Shown piece after piece: positions 63,331-64,000 of a stretch of 64,000 nt of DNA. The position numbers were made by a program, and so were the translations under genes. This stretch comes from the human T2T-CHM13v2.0 reference genome, Homo sapiens. Position 1 is the first letter of the stretch. Each line of letters opens with the position of its first letter. The notes beneath the pieces were generated by a model, which saw only the letters and a program-made list of their open reading frames with translations, was not told where the DNA came from and did not search any database. The stretch lies in the NCBI RefSeq assembly GCF_009914755.1, contig NC_060927.1; one strand, 5' to 3'.

Positions 63331-63588
63331 TGAGGCCAAGGCGGGTGGATCATTTGAGTCCAGGAGTTCCAGACCAGCCTGGCCAACATGGCAAAACCCC
63401 GTCTCTACTAAAAATACAAAAATTAGCTGGGCGTGGTGAAGTGCACCTGTAATCCCAGCTCCTCGGGAGGCTGAGGCAGGGAGAATCTTTTGAACCTGGG
63501 TGGCGGAGGTTGCAGTGAGCCAAGTTAGCGCCACAGCACTACAGCCTGGGTGACAGAGCAAGACTTAGTCTCAAAAAACAAAAAAAAA
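63331..63588 (+). mobile_element. 5'-truncated Alu (J/S boundary)
   Basis: gaggccaaggcgggtggatca...poly-A. Confidence 0.9.
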
Positions 63589-64000
63589 TCGTCAACTTTG
63601 TTTCTGAGAATGTACCTCAAGTTTCTTTAAAATTCCTTAAAAATTGTGATAGTGATCTGATGGCATTTTATACTCACATTTAAACTAAATCTAAATATAT
63701 ATAGCCCTATTTTTAAAAGAATTTGTAAAAGAATTTCATTTTTATAAGATTCACATGAAATGTAGAAAGAATATAACCAAATAAGCTTCTAGTTATTTGG
63801 ATATGTAAACTTATTTGGGCATATCTTCTTATAAAATTTATGTTTCCAAATACTATATATTAAATTATTCAGTTTTTTCATTGAATAATTTTGCTTATTA
63901 GATTTTTAAGAATAGAACCAAAATAACAACAATGATATCAAAATATGCATATGTATTCAAAAAATGGAAATGGTATTTTAATTTTAAAAATATTGACTAA

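Overview
AT-rich primate (almost certainly human) genomic DNA lying entirely inside the sucrase-isomaltase gene SI, transcribed on the minus strand. I located 31 consecutive coding exons by hand. All have GT-AG boundaries and join in one uninterrupted frame of 3596 nt. They correspond to exons 14-44 (about c.1513-5108, Asp505 to Ser1703) using recalled SI numbering. They encode the C-terminal part of the isomaltase GH31 unit, the second trefoil domain, the Arg1007/Ile1008 trypsin site and most of the sucrase GH31 unit. The start and stop codons lie outside the window. Introns contain Alu, L1, L2, MaLR/ERV LTRs, hAT/Tigger DNA transposons and microsatellites. Almost all ORFs in the supplied track are spurious or repeat-derived. 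I found no convincing new biological system. The most notable signals are: the exon-by-exon footprint of the internal gene duplication, with one unmatched intron; a 63-nt exon equal in length to the sucrase-type loop insertion; acceptors that also read as donors; a rare GAG acceptor; the Ile1523 allele; an unexplained intronic inverted repeat; and several unusual transposon structures. Repeat subfamily names and boundaries come from recalled consensus motifs and are approximate.
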